Notes: a model not told the origin generated them from the sequence alone. A stretch of DNA of 64,000 nt from Chrysomallon squamiferum (GCA_012295275.1 CM022676.1:16244001-16308000), one strand, 5' to 3'. Shown: positions 1 to 13,006, numbered from the stretch's first letter. Numbers and translations are program-made.

Positions 1-57
1 ACTCTACCCAAATAAGTAAATATTCTAAATCTGTTCTTTATTCTTGTTATTGTTAGA

Positions 58-108
<51 letters not shown>

Positions 109-153
109 ATTATTAACATTATTACTATATATAATATTTTACATTGTACTCAC

Positions 154-475
154 AAATCAAACTCACTGTAATTTTTGTTTTAAGAGTTTTGTTCAGGTAT
201 CTCAGAATTCTGTGTTTCACACTCTATTTCATCTCTATCTTGATACCATTGTGGAACCAAAACCATATTCTGACTAAACAGCTTTCCTCCATCACCAGCG
301 TCTTGTTCTCTGATTGGTTCGCTTGAAATCAGAATCTGACCACTAGTGACATTTCTCCAAGTAATGTTCACACTGGGACTTGATGATGCACTTTTACAGG
401 TCAAGGTCAATTTTCTGATTCCATCAGCAGCAAAATTAGTTTGGTTTCCAGTTATATCAGTTCTGTCAGGACCAA
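154..475 (-). pseudogene. Gene A Ig exon 4 (1-nt insertion)
   Basis: GPDRTDITG...LTLTCKSASSSPSVNITW...QDRDEIECETQN; 322 nt (3n+1). Removing one A at about 188 restores EQTLKTKITVSLI|GTGAGT. Confidence 0.7.
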
Positions 476-734
476 CTCAAATTTAGAACATTTTAAGAAT
501 AAATATAACATTTCATTAAAGTTAAAAAACATAAACACACCAATATATATATATATATGTTTAAATATAGTAGCTAATAATAATTAATCTGTGTTAGTAA
601 ATTACAAAATAATCACAAATAAATTCATTTTCTTGAAGAACAATTTTGCTCTGTCTCTACTACTTTATTTTGAACAATCAAAGGAAAAAAAGAAGCATCA
701 CAGAAGAATTACAAACAGATACATAAATTGTTAC

Positions 735-982
735 TATAGTTTTAACAATGAAATTGTAAACTACATGCTAGTTTCTCACTTGACAAGTGTAGTTCTGATT
801 GTTATACTTTGTGTTAATAGATTTCAAGACAAGAGTTTGTGTCTGTGTGTCAGTTCCATCAGGAGTTACCCAGTTGACTGTGCCAGCAGGTGTTCCTAGA
901 AAAGTGGTGTTACACACACAAGTTCCACTCTGTCCTGACTCTATGTAAGTATCTGGACACTCACCACTCAAGTCTGGTGGTC
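735..982 (-). pseudogene. Gene A Ig exon 3 (premature TAG)
   Basis: PPDLSGECP..GTCVCNTTFLGTPAGTVNW...YNNQNYTCQVRN*; the stop at 768-770 falls before the G strand. Donor position is uncertain. Confidence 0.65.
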
Positions 983-2078
983 CTACAAGTGAACATTTCA
1001 AAATATATAATAATAATAATAAAAATAAAATGTTATAATTAGTTTAATTATTCAATAATCAACTGACTGTAAAATAAACATGGGAAAACTACTTTTTATG
1101 TACAAGATATCAATGAAGTTAAATACCACTTGACATAACATTACTTAGTATGTCTTAAGTACAGCTTTATTGTAATAAGATCATTTTATTTATTTATAAA
1201 GCTTCTATGTAACAGAAAGTATTAATTCAAATACATGCATCCCACTAAGAGAAAATACATACTGTAATATACCTGTCACAGTTAGACACAGTTTATTTAA
1301 TAATAATTAGTAACAAATAAAAAAATTATTTTCTAACAGAAATAAACAAAAACAAAATTATTTTCTCAAATGAAGAAGTTAATTCTTGACAGTACTCACA
1401 TTTAAAGCTCAAAGGTGGACAGTTCATACACAGCTAAAGTAAAACAATTTTTTATATACTACTTAGTTTTATTATGAAATTAATATCTAATAAGTACTAT
1501 AAAATAGAATGAAAATTTGGTTTACAGTTTCCTTTATTAATTAAAAATTAAAACAAAGTTTAAAAATAATAATAACAATTTTGTGAATGTGAATTTTAAT
1601 TTGTTTATGATAATTTATTTAACTGTATTTTCAGATAGGCCTACCTTTTTGTCATGACATAACAACATTTAATGACAATGAATAATTATGAATGGAATAC
1701 AAGTTATGTACCAGTTGTGTTCTGTAATCTGTTTAATTCATGTAAGTTATGATAGAAATAGAAATATATTATGGCAGTGTTTTAAGTACATACATGTAGA
1801 AACTTTATACACACACCCAGACAAATATATATTACGTATATCTGTGTTTTTTATAACAGTCAATGGTTTGGACCAGATATTTTAAATAATCTTCATAATT
1901 ATTTGAACGAAACTGTGTGATGTCAAATACTGATATGAATTTGCAGTTCTAATGTTACATTAATGTTAATCATATTAAATATCTTTTTTCAAATATGTTA
2001 AACACTGTAAGTACATATGTAGATAGATAGATATAGATATGTGGTGTCTTAATTAGAAAAAAAGAAGAAGATCATTAC

Positions 2079-2417
2079 TTTGTATTTGTTCTCCAATTTT
2101 GTTAGATGAGTTGACAGCATGTATACTTTGGGCAATCATCAAGTTCTTTTCAGCAGCACAGAAAACTTTCTGGCCATCATGTTGTGTGCTGGCTGTGTAC
2201 GTCACATTCAATGTTGTCAGTCTGTCAGTAGTAGTGGGAGATCCAGTGATTCTGACAGGAAGCTTGTTACTGTCTACGTACCACAATATCTGTGAAACAG
2301 TCGGTGCTGGTTTGGCTCCCTGTACAACACAGGTAAAAACAGCAGAATTTCCCTCAGTGATGTTAAGTGAGTTTGGCCTTGATCCAGAAATGTTCGTGTT
2401 GACAGAATTAACTGGAC
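2079..2417 (-). CDS. Gene A Ig exon 2 (open)
   Basis: PVNSVNT...ITEGNSAVFTCVVQGAKPAPT..WY...HDGQKVFCAAE; 339 nt, phase 1-1, ttccag acceptor and gtaatg donor. Confidence 0.85.
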
Positions 2418-3147
2418 CTGGAAAATAAAATAAAGAAAAACTGAAAAATCTGGAACATTTATTTTTATTATTAGACCCCAAATTATAGATAAAACATTAT
2501 TGTTTTTATGCTTAATTAAAATAGTAAATATTTGATGAATTTAAAGAAACATGAATTTAGATATGTATTTTCTTTTTCTTTTTTTTATTAAATTTTTAAT
2601 CTGAGTAAATATTAATATATTTGCTAAAATTAGAAAAAAGAAGAAAATGCAGAGAACAGTATTCTTGGCTTTTGACTTTACTCTTAAAAAATTATGTACA
2701 ATAAGTATTTCAAAAATTAATTAATCAGCTACATGAAAACAAATTATAAAGTGCACTGCTTTAGTCAGTTATGATCAGTGTTTGTGCCGAAAATATTAAA
2801 TCTCAGTTATTTACAGTTTATGTTTGTGTACAGAAATACAAAATTTGGTTTTAACTCTTAAACAGAAAAGTGATGACAAAATATGCAATAATAGTTTAAA
2901 ATATATGTATGCCATCCAGTTTTATTTCTGTCTCTTAACTATCTAATGCCAAAGGCAAAGTGGAAAAAAACAATTATCACGTGATCAAATTAAATATAGA
3001 TGTATAAATGTATATGTGTTTATACATGCATGTATGTATATGTGTGTATCTATCTATCTATCTATCTATATATATATATATATGTGTGTGTGTGTCTATA
3101 TATATGTCTATAATAACATATATGATAAATATAAAATAAGCACTTAC

Positions 3148-3453
3148 TGTGAACTGGTAAATCAATACTGTTGTAATACTTATATCATGGTTACATGTCC
3201 AGGTAGCTTCATCTTCAATACTGAGACTGTCTATTGTCAGATTGAAGAGTTTAGAAGTTCCTGTGTCACCAGCGCATTTGAAAGAGTAACCAGTAGGAGA
3301 ACTGGATTGACCACAGTTTGGCAGGACCGAACACACAATATTTCCATTTCTTACAAAGCTGACAGGTAAAGTGATGCTGTCTGATACAGATCACTGGAAT
3401 GTATAGATCTGACTCAAAATACCATTGTCAGCACCTTTCTATGGTCATCAAAC
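3148..3453 (-). pseudogene. Gene A N-terminal V-like Ig exon (disrupted)
   Basis: TTTGCAG acceptor and GTAAGT donor. Reconstructed GLMTIEGADNGILSQIYTFQ*SVSD...CSVLPNC...FNLTIDSLSIEDEATWTC...SIDLPVH needs an extra base removed near 3436 and one added near 3165. TGA sits at the B-strand Cys position. Confidence 0.7.
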
Positions 3454-5309
3454 CTGCAAAAATATATAAAATACAATTGTTTCAGTTGGTTGTTATTTTT
3501 CTACATTCTGCTAAATTATTTCAATGTTAGAAAAAAATTGCTAATACAGGTTTTTTTCTAAGGGAGTATTGCCATTTCCGTAGATCAGAAGTCAATTTTG
3601 TTTAAAATATAAGAAATGCATTCCATTTTGTAACATTCACTGGATTCCAAATTTAATTTTAGTTTCCGTTTTTGAAATACAACCTAACTATAACTGTATA
3701 TCTTTTTATCCTGATTTCAGTGATCGCAATTTCTAGGTTTTCAGTAGAATAATTCCGTGATGTTAATACTTAATTTATGGTGCGATTTGTACGCTGTTAC
3801 CATTTCAAACAACTCTCAATTTTGTTCCATGTCTCTGCAAAGTACACTTACATTGTTAAGTGAACCGAAGTTGGTAAATATCCATTAAGAATTCAAAACG
3901 TCCCTTCTCTTTGTACTACGAAAAGTTGTTTTACCAAATTAATTAGTTAAAAGATCTAAATAATTAAAAAAAACATTTAGAAGGGATTAATTAGAAAATC
4001 TTAAATATTCAGGGGATAGAACTTTTTTTAAAGCAACCTGGTACAGTCTCAGTTCCTCCGGTGACTTTATAATAATAAAAATGACTTACTGAGTGCTCTT
4101 TCCTGTGAAAACATTCTGTTGCAGAGAAATGTTTAAGAAACTTTACTGAAATGGTTCATCAAGGTTTTCTAATGTTTTTGGCATGCAAATACATTTATAT
4201 TGGATATACAAATGAATTTAGTTTGGTTGAGTAAACCGTAGTATTTATATTTTAGAAAATTAAAAATGAGGAGATGCCTCGGCATCTTTCTGCTAATATT
4301 AAATGATCAAAGAAATGTCCTAGTGTAACCAATTTACATTTTAATTTCAACAAGACCCACTGTTGGATCCTTAAAACTGCCACACACATGCCAAATGTTG
4401 TTTTATAGCAGTGAATTTTGTTCTGCAGTTAGAAGACACCTCAGTTCTTATCACATAGCTGTGAAATAGTGGACATTTCATTTGTAATAAGCCATACATT
4501 GAAAAACATTACACACACACAAGGAGGAATTTTGTTTTCTTTCTTTTTAATGACAAATGTTGGAATTGCATGAATGCAAAATGAATGCAAACATTTCCCT
4601 TAAAGTAGAAGCACCATGGCAATTTATTTTCTTTTTTCTTTTATAAGAGCAGTGTTTGATGGGTTTCCTAATGAAGGACTTTGATTGATGGTAACATGGT
4701 TGCTGTTTATTTATTACTGATTACTGTGTTTTAATTCTTAATGTCTACGCTACCTAAATTGTAATCTTATCTCCTAATGGCAACCTGAATATTACCTCCA
4801 GTTTGTTGTCATAGATACTCTTTAAAAAAGTTCAGAAAACAGACCTGTATATGATAATTAAGTAAATACACTCCTGATACCCTCCAAATAGACCAGTCTT
4901 AATGCTTCGGTCCTGTTGTTTGTGCTATTATATTCTCTCTTGCTATAGCATTTCTAATTTAGATAGAGTATGGATGGACAGACATATTTACATCAGATCC
5001 GTTGAAACTTTATTTCGAGCCGATATTATCGTATATATTTTAAACATTTTATTTATTTGTAATGATAATAAATAATTAATAATACAACTTAATTCTTTAA
5101 AATATCGATATCAAATAACGACTTTCGTATTTAGGATTTAGGTATTGTGTATTCGGTCAACCTGTTTTCTGGTTATTGCTTCTTAACCATCTACAAAAAT
5201 CAGATCTTGTTCATTTTTAAGTATGAAAAATGTATAGGTGACCACTGACCATGGAAAGATTAATGCAGAGAGAGAGAAAAGAATACTGTATTACTACACT
5301 TCATAAATA

Positions 5310-6005
5310 CTGAGGTACCTTGACTTACGACTGCACCAGCTTACAAGTTTATCGAGTTACGAGCAGTCGGGCGGTCGATTTTATGCTTTGAGCTGCGAGC
5401 CGAAATCCGAGTTATGAGCGAGCTTTAGATACGCAGCCGTCAGTTGGCGCAACCAACAACACAATATCCGGCCAGCATCCAGCGTCTCACTTCACGTGGT
5501 TATCTCGGCGCGGAAGCATCTTTGTTGTGTTCTGCTCGCGTGTTGTGCAGTATTATGCTAAATTTCTTTTTTCTGACCTTGGATATTAAGAAAGTGAGTG
5601 AAAAGAACAGTGCTGAGAAGAAGAAGCGAGACATGAGAGAGCTGTGCATGTAGTCGACTTAGCTAGGCAGCACGAGCTGAAGCTGAAAGAGTCGATAAAT
5701 GTTGTAACTCCAGCCAAAGGCGTTAAAATAATTTGTCTGATCTCTAAGATAAATCGAGTTTACAAAATCAGTTTATTTCCTTACATTCTCTTTTATTTTG
5801 TTTTCATACAAAATGTGTCATTTATAAATACATTTTTTATTATTCAAAAACACGTTACAAAAAATTGGGGTGGTTTTGGGAGGTGTGGAACGGATTCATG
5901 GTATTTCAATTAAATTCATTTGGGAAAATTGATTGGATGTACGAGCAAACTGAGATACGAGCTCGGTCACGGAACCAATTAAACTTGTAAGTCAAGGTGC
6001 CACTG
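5310..6005 (+). mobile_element. Internally deleted pogo/Tigger-type (Tc1/mariner superfamily) DNA transposon
   Basis: Terminal inverted repeats ctgaggtaccttgacttacga and cttgtaagtcaaggtgccactg, flanked by TA and CA. Internal remnants KKVSEKNSAEKKKR and VVDLARQ resemble the N-terminal CENP-B-type HTH of Tigger transposases. Confidence 0.75.
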
Positions 6006-6592
6006 CATTATATTTAATCAATACGAAATTGAAACACCATAACAAACCAAAACAAAAACCCCACATCACAAGTGTCACCATCGTCATTAACAGTAAACTA
6101 AAGTATTGTACTATAGGCAGAGGGTAACCTCTATGTTCTGAGAATGTTCCCTATAAACTCCAGATAGCAGTTGCCATATATGGTCATATCACATGACAGT
6201 ATAGTTCTCAGTGTTAACAAAGTCGCCAACAGGAGGCAGTAATCTTTATTTATCTTGTTGGAACATACTGAGCTCAGATTACTTTACAAATGAATATTAA
6301 ATACTGACAGTCGTAGAATAGGAAATAGTGATTATTATTTCTTTGTTCTGTAGGCGTACAGAGAACGGTCCGTGACAAATAACACTAACAAAAAGCCTAC
6401 AAGTTTGTATCCACAGTATGAAACATTCGGAAAACTTGAATATGTCTCTCTAATATCACTAAAATTATTTCACAAGGAACAACCAAATACTAATTATATG
6501 AAATAAATAACACATGTGGAGTCTCAGCATACAGGCTAGTGTTACATAAATGTCAGGCGACTTTTCTAATGTAAAATTTTAATAAAACTTAC

Positions 6593-6647
6593 CTGTGCTG
6601 TATCTGATAATCGTAAGAAAACCAAGTAAATATCTCAACAGCGCCAT
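6593..6647 (-). CDS. Gene A exon 1, signal peptide MALLRYLLGFLTIIRYST
   Basis: ATG in ACAATGG context, hydrophobic 18 aa, ends CAG|GTAAGT in phase 1 (55 nt). Confidence 0.75.
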
Positions 6648-6886
6648 TGTGAATGTTGTGACTGAACTTGTTCCTACACGAGATCTACTCTATCTGTGTC
6701 ACATTATTACTACAGTGCCCTAGCTATAGTGTAGGTTCTATTTTAATCTAAGTTGTATAAAGTTTATCAGTCAGACTTGGATTAAACATTAAATAAAACA
6801 AAAACATGCTTATGGCATTAAGGGAAAAAGGCACTACAGTAAACAACTTTTCCCCTGTAATCATGCTGGTCTCTAACAAATTAACA

Positions 6887-6931
<45 letters not shown>

Positions 6932-7591
6932 CAGGGTGACAAGGACTGGTCAGTTATAAATTGTAAGATGTATGTATATAATAGATAAGTAACACATGAG
7001 GAGGAGTGCAGTTTATTTATGCATATTTAATTGTATAGTAACATAACATTATTAAATTCACATGCACGTGTACACATTCTGGAAAGATACATAAACTAGA
7101 AACTTTCTTTATAATGGACAATATATTTTGTTTGAATTTTGTCTTAAAAATAAAAAAGCCAAACGATTCAATGGTACAAAGAGAAAATAAAAATAAAAAC
7201 TTATTGTGTTTTGTTATAATTATAGAATATGCTTCTAAATCAGGCAAATCGTAATCTCAAGTTAACTTGAAAACGTGGTAATATATCAGACAAGAGTTGC
7301 ATCCCTTTAAGTCTATCGTCTTGATAACAGATTAATTAAATAAAAATTACAACAAATCAAAGTACTGAATTAGATACTGTTCTAGTTTTGTATCATTTTC
7401 AGCACATGAAAGCTCCATTGGTTATTCATAGGTTCAAGTCTCGGATAATTTCCAAAATATTCCACACTATCAATCTAGACTGTATTTAACAATCATGACA
7501 GAAACACGTGCCCTATTAGCGCCTTTGTATATACTTGTTTCGTATCCGTGTAAACGAGTTGTACTCTGTCTAGGCCATTCTGTCACATCAT

Positions 7592-7764
<173 letters not shown>

Positions 7765-8233
7765 AAATAGTTCCCGAGATGTCCGAAAAATTTCATCTTT
7801 GACATTTTAGATGTTCAATCGATTACATTGTATTTTCATATACTAGAAAGAAAGAAAAAAAATCAATAAATAAAAACGGACAAAAACGATCTGCAATAAA
7901 AAATAAATTGAAATAACTAAGGGACTCTGGAAGCCCTGATTTCTAACACGTTTCAAAAACATCCTTATTATTATCATCATCATCATCATCATGATCATCT
8001 TCATCATTATCATCATGATCATCATCATTATTAGTAGTTGTAGTAGTAGTAGTAGTATTATTATTTTCTTTTGGTATACAAATCTCCTGATAACGAATAG
8101 GGAATAAAAACATTTTCTTTACAAATACAAATTTCATTTCAACATAGTAATAAGTTATTATCAGTTGTCATCGTAGTTGGATACATTTTAATATGATAAA
8201 TAAAAGTGAATAATTCTAAAAAAATGTTATTAC

Positions 8234-8332
8234 CTGAACTCGGTGTGTTATCAGACACCTTCAGCTTTTCATACGCAGGTGCATCACGTGATTGTAAGCA
8301 CTCGTACTGAGTTGTAGGTATTTGAGCATGTT
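8234..8332 (-). CDS. Gene B cytoplasmic exon with ITAM (EHAQIPTTQYECLQSRDAPAYEKLKVSDNTPSS)
   Basis: atttatag acceptor, gtaata donor, 99 nt, phase 1-1; YxxL-x7-YxxL. Confidence 0.8.
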
Positions 8333-8845
8333 CTATAAATGTATTAATATTTTCATTGACCCTTTGTACACATTTTGATAAAGTATTTTACCGGTACATT
8401 TTCTAGAAAAATATTTATTACAGAAATCTTTACCGGAATTTCGAAAATAAGATCTTATCCGCATATTTTTTAATTCATTTAATTTAATGCAGTTTCTTTG
8501 AATTTACAACAGTATTGTATATAAGACTAACCTAATAATGTTCCTTCAGTCTTCATTGAAATTACTTACTAATTGTTCAAGCTCTTCACGAAGTGAATAC
8601 AATATGTGACTGTATGTAACTGTCTGCCTCTTTGTGTGTATGGGTTTATGCATTAGGTTCGTTAATGTGTATGAAAATTTGGCATCTGATTTTGAATTTC
8701 CGCAATCATTCTGACTTGTGTTTCAAGACCAACTTCAGGTTGAATCGTTTTATGTATTAAAAAGACAGTTCCTTTGCAAATAAAAGTGTTATAATAAATC
8801 TAGGACCTAAAAAGGATATTCAAAACACTGGATTTCTCACTTTAC

Positions 8846-8895
8846 CTGAACAAACAGCTGATTCCTGGACTGAATCCATAGATACATATTGATAT
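8846..8895 (-). CDS. Gene B cytoplasmic micro-exon (YQYVSMDSVQESAVCS)
   Basis: ttcacag acceptor, gtaaag donor, 50 nt, phase 2-1, compatible with both neighbouring exons; YxxM motif. Confidence 0.7.
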
Positions 8896-9224
8896 CTGTG
8901 AAACATACTAAGAAAAATATACTGGTATCTCATTCAAGTATATTTGGTTTTAGTAGCATTGCATTAACGAGACAATCACATACTTTGCAGACGTAGTTAT
9001 ACTAATGCAGCAATGTAAATATTTTATTACAAGTTAGTATATTTTTAATTCTGATACAATTTTCCAGCAAAATTGACTTTAAACATAAATAATGATATGA
9101 TATAGTTCTGCACTTTAGGCATACTAGTGTCTATGTCGAACAAGATCTGCAGGTAACATAGTAAATATACACTGAATATCTATTATCACAGTAGTGCTCA
9201 GAAATATTTCAGCACAGTACTCAC

Positions 9225-9258
9225 GTATGTATCTCATTTTCATTTCTGCCCTCTGAAC
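9225..9258 (-). CDS. Gene B juxtamembrane micro-exon (SEGRNENEIHT)
   Basis: gttacag acceptor, gtgagt donor, 34 nt, phase 1-2. Confidence 0.65.
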
Positions 9259-9448
9259 CTGTAACATATATGTACAGTTGTATTTTATAAGCTAAATAAG
9301 TACTCTTACATTGAACTAATTGGATTTGATTTTTTTTTTTTGAACAACCAATGAAAAAGGAAAGAAACAATAACAAAAATAAATAAATTAACACTCAAAC
9401 AGACACAGACACACACACACACACACATAAACACACACACATATATAT

Positions 9449-9512
9449 AGTATTCCTACTACCAGACCAATTCCAATTCCAGTTCCAAGTGTTGCCATGG
9501 GCGAAGATTCTT
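9449..9512 (-). CDS. Gene B transmembrane exon start (ESSPMATLGTGIGIGLVVGIL), running into a (TA)(TG) microsatellite
   Basis: cactgtag acceptor in phase 1. The Gly/Ile-rich helix start is typical of type I receptors. No clear end or donor. Confidence 0.65.
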
Positions 9513-9792
9513 CTACAGTGGTTATAATAACAAGTTTAACTCCATAAATCAGTTATCCGCATTTACGTTTAATTTTGTTTCATTTTTTTTTTCTAAATTA
9601 TAATTCTTTCTTCTAAAGATCTTTCATTAAATAACGTAAATAGTTTGGACAATGTCAGATTCACCAGAACCTATATGCAAATACTGTAAACAAACAAAAA
9701 AAAAACACACAGAGAAGGAATAAATAAGTAAATATATATTTTGCTGAAATTGTAAATGAAGAATCGAAAACTATATATATTATTTTACTTAC

Positions 9793-10065
9793 TAAAAGTA
9801 GTACAAACAGTCAAACAGTAACGGCTGTCATTTTTATTTGCAGAAGAGTACATTTTAAAGTGGTAGGAAGAATCTGACTTGAGATGAGAAATGTGTAAAG
9901 AAAAAGTCTTGTCGTGTGTCTTAGTGTCTGACACTTGCAGACTGATAGACCGGTCTTCAGTAGACAAGCCTTGTTCAACAGTGAACCTAGTGAACTTCTC
10001 TGTGTTGTATATCCACTTGAAATCTACTGAAGTGCAGTAACACCATTCAGGAGCTGATTCGAGAA
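9793..10065 (-). CDS. Gene B fibronectin type III exon
   Basis: TSVDFKW...FTVE...LHISHLKSDSSYHFKMYS; 273 nt, phase 1-1. Confidence 0.75.
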
Positions 10066-10326
10066 CTAAAACGTGAAAAACAATTTAAGTTTCAATTACA
10101 ATATAGTAAATATTATAACGTGATGAATGATGTATGTGTGTGCGTCTGATTGTGTGACTTTTAATAAAATATATATATATATGTATAGAGACACACCCAC
10201 ACCCACATTTTAATAAAGTCTGCATATACAAACCGACACTGGCTAATTCTGAAAGGTATGGAAACAATAACAAAGTCAATTGCATTTGCTAACAAAGGTG
10301 ACATGAAAAAGTGTAAATAAAGTTAC

Positions 10327-10587
10327 CTGTAACAATGACACTGGCAGATCCTGACAATGAAGTGTTAAAAGAAGTTTTTGAAGTTGCTGAACACGTGTAC
10401 TCTCCTTGATCTGACTGTTGAAATGAGCAGATCTGAAAGAGAGAACTGTCAGTGAGATGTTTTGTACCAGTTCGCCATTCAAATACAACACTGTCTGGAT
10501 TACTGTCAGCTGTACAGCGTAGTATCAGAAGTTTTCCCAGTTCAACTCTGATGTGACTCTCTGATAAAATTCTTACTCTGGGTGCAT
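10327..10587 (-). CDS. Gene B Ig exon (I-set-like)
   Basis: APRVRIL...LILRCTADSNPDSVVFEW...SDQGEYTCSATS; 261 nt, phase 1-1. This frame is not in the ORF track. Confidence 0.88.
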
Positions 10588-10914
10588 CTACACAGATTGA
10601 AGGAAAAAGAAGTATGAACTAAAATTAGAATACGTGAAAATAGATTGCAATGTAAAAGTCATGAATTATTCCACAGAAAACAATAAATGTGAAGTTAATT
10701 AATATATATTGAGAAGATATGTACAATGATGAAAAGCAAATGAATTAGTATCTGTGTATTGCTGTTTAGTATTTCTAGGGATGAGATCAGCAAACCAAAA
10801 GCAAATATCTGTTATTACTTGAGACATCTTTTAAAATAATTTCAATATTATTTATTTACTTACTTACTTACTTAGTTAACATAAAAGTCATAAAGTAAAA
10901 AAGTATAAACATAC

Positions 10915-11202
10915 AGTATACATTAATCTGGAGAGAATTCGATTCAGGTCTGTATTGTCCGTTTCTGTCTGTGAATTCATTCCCAGCTGAACATTTGTAC
11001 CAGACTCCATTGTCTTCCTTTGTGGGTGTCAGTGACAAATTAAATCCTGTGTGTTTTATGTCAGATCCATTTCTAATCCAGTAAAACTGAGCTGCTGGAT
11101 TTCCTTTACCACTGTCAGGTAAAGAACAAATCAAAGAGCCTCCTTCGTTTTCTAGCCATGGCTGTTTAGGATCTAATGAAAGTGTTGGTCTGCTTGGAGG
11201 AT
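10915..11202 (-). CDS. Gene B Ig exon
   Basis: PPSRPTL...SLICSLPDSGKGNPAAQFYW...EDNGVWYKCSAGN; 288 nt, phase 1-1. Confidence 0.88.
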
Positions 11203-12073
11203 CTATACAAAATATTCTGATTTTAATTGACTAATTGTTATTATTATTATTATTATTTTTATTTTTATTTTTTTAATTTTTTTTTTTTTGGAGACCTGTG
11301 TTGAATGATAAACACCAAAACTGAATATTAGATTTGTTTTTGTATTTCAAATATTCTCGTTTTAATTGTTGTAATTTAAATCAGTATCATATGTTCATAC
11401 ATACATACATAAATAAATACATACATACATAGATTACTGGAGCTGTAATTTTCTAAAATTAATATTACTATTTTCTTTATGGGGTTTGCGGAATGCCAGA
11501 AACAAGAATATGTGTCTTACTAATAAAATATATAATAACTTCTATTTTGAAAGATTTTGTTTACTAATTTATTGATTTACTAATTTATTGATTTTAACCT
11601 ATCAATATTTTGAAAGTTATGTTGAGGACCAAGTGCAAAAAGTAAGGTTTCAATGATTTGTAAATAAAAAAAATAAAAAATAAAAATAAAGAAAAATTAC
11701 AAATTCTAACCATTTTGATAAAGAAATCCAAAATGTAACTCCTGAGGAGGTACAAATAATATTTGGTACTTTCAAAATCAGAAAAAAAGTGGGTATAGTT
11801 GGAATTATTCATGTTTATCTAATCATCTTATGTTATATTATTATTTTTTTAGAATTTATGATAGATTCGAAATGACTTCCTTGTCTTGAAAACATAAATC
11901 AAACTTAACGTAAAGAATGATTTCTTTTAACAAACAGATATTTCATGTTGTAATAGGAGAATTGTATTTACTTGCATATGTTAATCCGGATATCTCTTAA
12001 GTGCAAAAGCTGGACCCACCCAGTAAAGTATATTGCTATATGTATAAATTATAAACAATCTAAAATTACTCAC

Positions 12074-12348
12074 AGTAAATAGTAAAGTTTCTGCTTTTCC
12101 TCTCGTTATATTCACCATACTTCCAACTAGAAACACACACTGTTTGTTATTCTGAGTCATGTTAGCTATGAAAGATATTGTACATGTTCTGGTTTCTCCT
12201 CTGTCAGAGCCGTGTACACGATTATAACAAGTCCAGTTTAGATTTAGTTTTGGGTTTCCACCAGTTGTAGAACAGTTCAGTGTGACAGTCTCACCCTCAA
12301 ACACAGGACACGTTGTTCCTGAAACAACTGGAGATGAACTTGGTGGAT
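12074..12348 (-). pseudogene. Gene B Ig exon with frameshift
   Basis: EGETVTLNCSTTGGNPKLNLNW...QNNKQCV, then a frame change at about 12132 to SSWKYGEYNERKSRNFTIY|GTGAGT; 275 nt (not 3n). Confidence 0.75.
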
Positions 12349-12474
12349 CTGAAATCAGAAATATTTATGCTATTTTTTATTATTTGTTTTGTTATTTTAT
12401 TTTATTTATTTGTTAAATAAAATTTTCAAAAATAAATATATATTAACGCAAAGTCTAATTTTTTATAAAGTTGC

Positions 12475-12771
12475 ATTTCACATCCAGAAACTTTTCTCCT
12501 GTAGACTCAGTCTCTGTATGTGTGTTCCTCACAGAGCACTGGATTGGCTTCCCATTCTGTACTCTACTGGGTGTCAGTGTTAATGTTTGAAACCAAGTAT
12601 TTCCAGATGAACCGTGTTTATCTCCCATTGGTCCATCTTTAAACTTCCAGACGAAATCCACATCTGGTTTAGCAGGTGTCAGTGTTCTACAGGTCAAGGT
12701 CAAAGATCGTCCTTCAACTGCTGTTTGTTCATTTGTAAAACTGATGCTGACATCATTCTGTGATGGACCAT
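12475..12771 (-). CDS. Gene B Ig exon (GC donor)
   Basis: GPSQ...VEGRSLTLTCRTLTPAKPDVDFVW...QNGKPIQCSVRN; 297 nt; donor reads T|GCAACT. Confidence 0.8.
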
Positions 12772-13006
12772 CTGTAAAATTTAATGAAATAGTGAAATAT
12801 TTAGAATTGTAACTGATATTTCTGAAAACTGGATCAAGAAAAAAGCAGCAAAGAAACGTACTTAAAGACGAGTGGAATAATAACAAATTTAAATATGTAT
12901 TAACATTTAAATTGCATATTTTTTTATAGAAACAAAAGTATTAAGATAATTTAGAAATTATTTAGTTACTTAAACACTTTTAAATTTCTAATGTTAAATG
13001 TCTTAC

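Larger units (their letters stand above)
154..6647 (-). pseudogene. Gene A: multi-Ig-domain cell-surface receptor (nephrin/CD22-like IgSF), disabled; 3' end lies outside the window
   Basis: Signal exon 6647-6593 and Ig exons 3453-3148, 2417-2079, 982-~735 and 475-154, with mostly phase-1 GT-AG junctions. In-frame stops at 3391-3393 and 768-770, and frameshifts in the first and fourth Ig exons. Confidence 0.75.

Noticed and set aside
44-277. Poly-Leu, poly-Ile, poly-Asn and ER-repeat ORFs here and elsewhere (e.g. 7470-7805, 28576-28950, 58452-58760, 60214-60449)
   Set aside because: They are translations of (TTA)n, (GA)n and (CAA)n microsatellites with no splice or domain support.
3391-3393. 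In-frame TGA at a conserved Cys position as possible selenocysteine
   Set aside because: The same exon has two frameshifts and the gene has other stops. A TGY-to-TGA nonsense change is simpler, and no SECIS can be assessed here.
3546-4042. Possible MITE in Gene A intron 1
   Set aside because: The putative terminal inverted repeats (caggttttttt / aaagcaacctg) are too short and degenerate.
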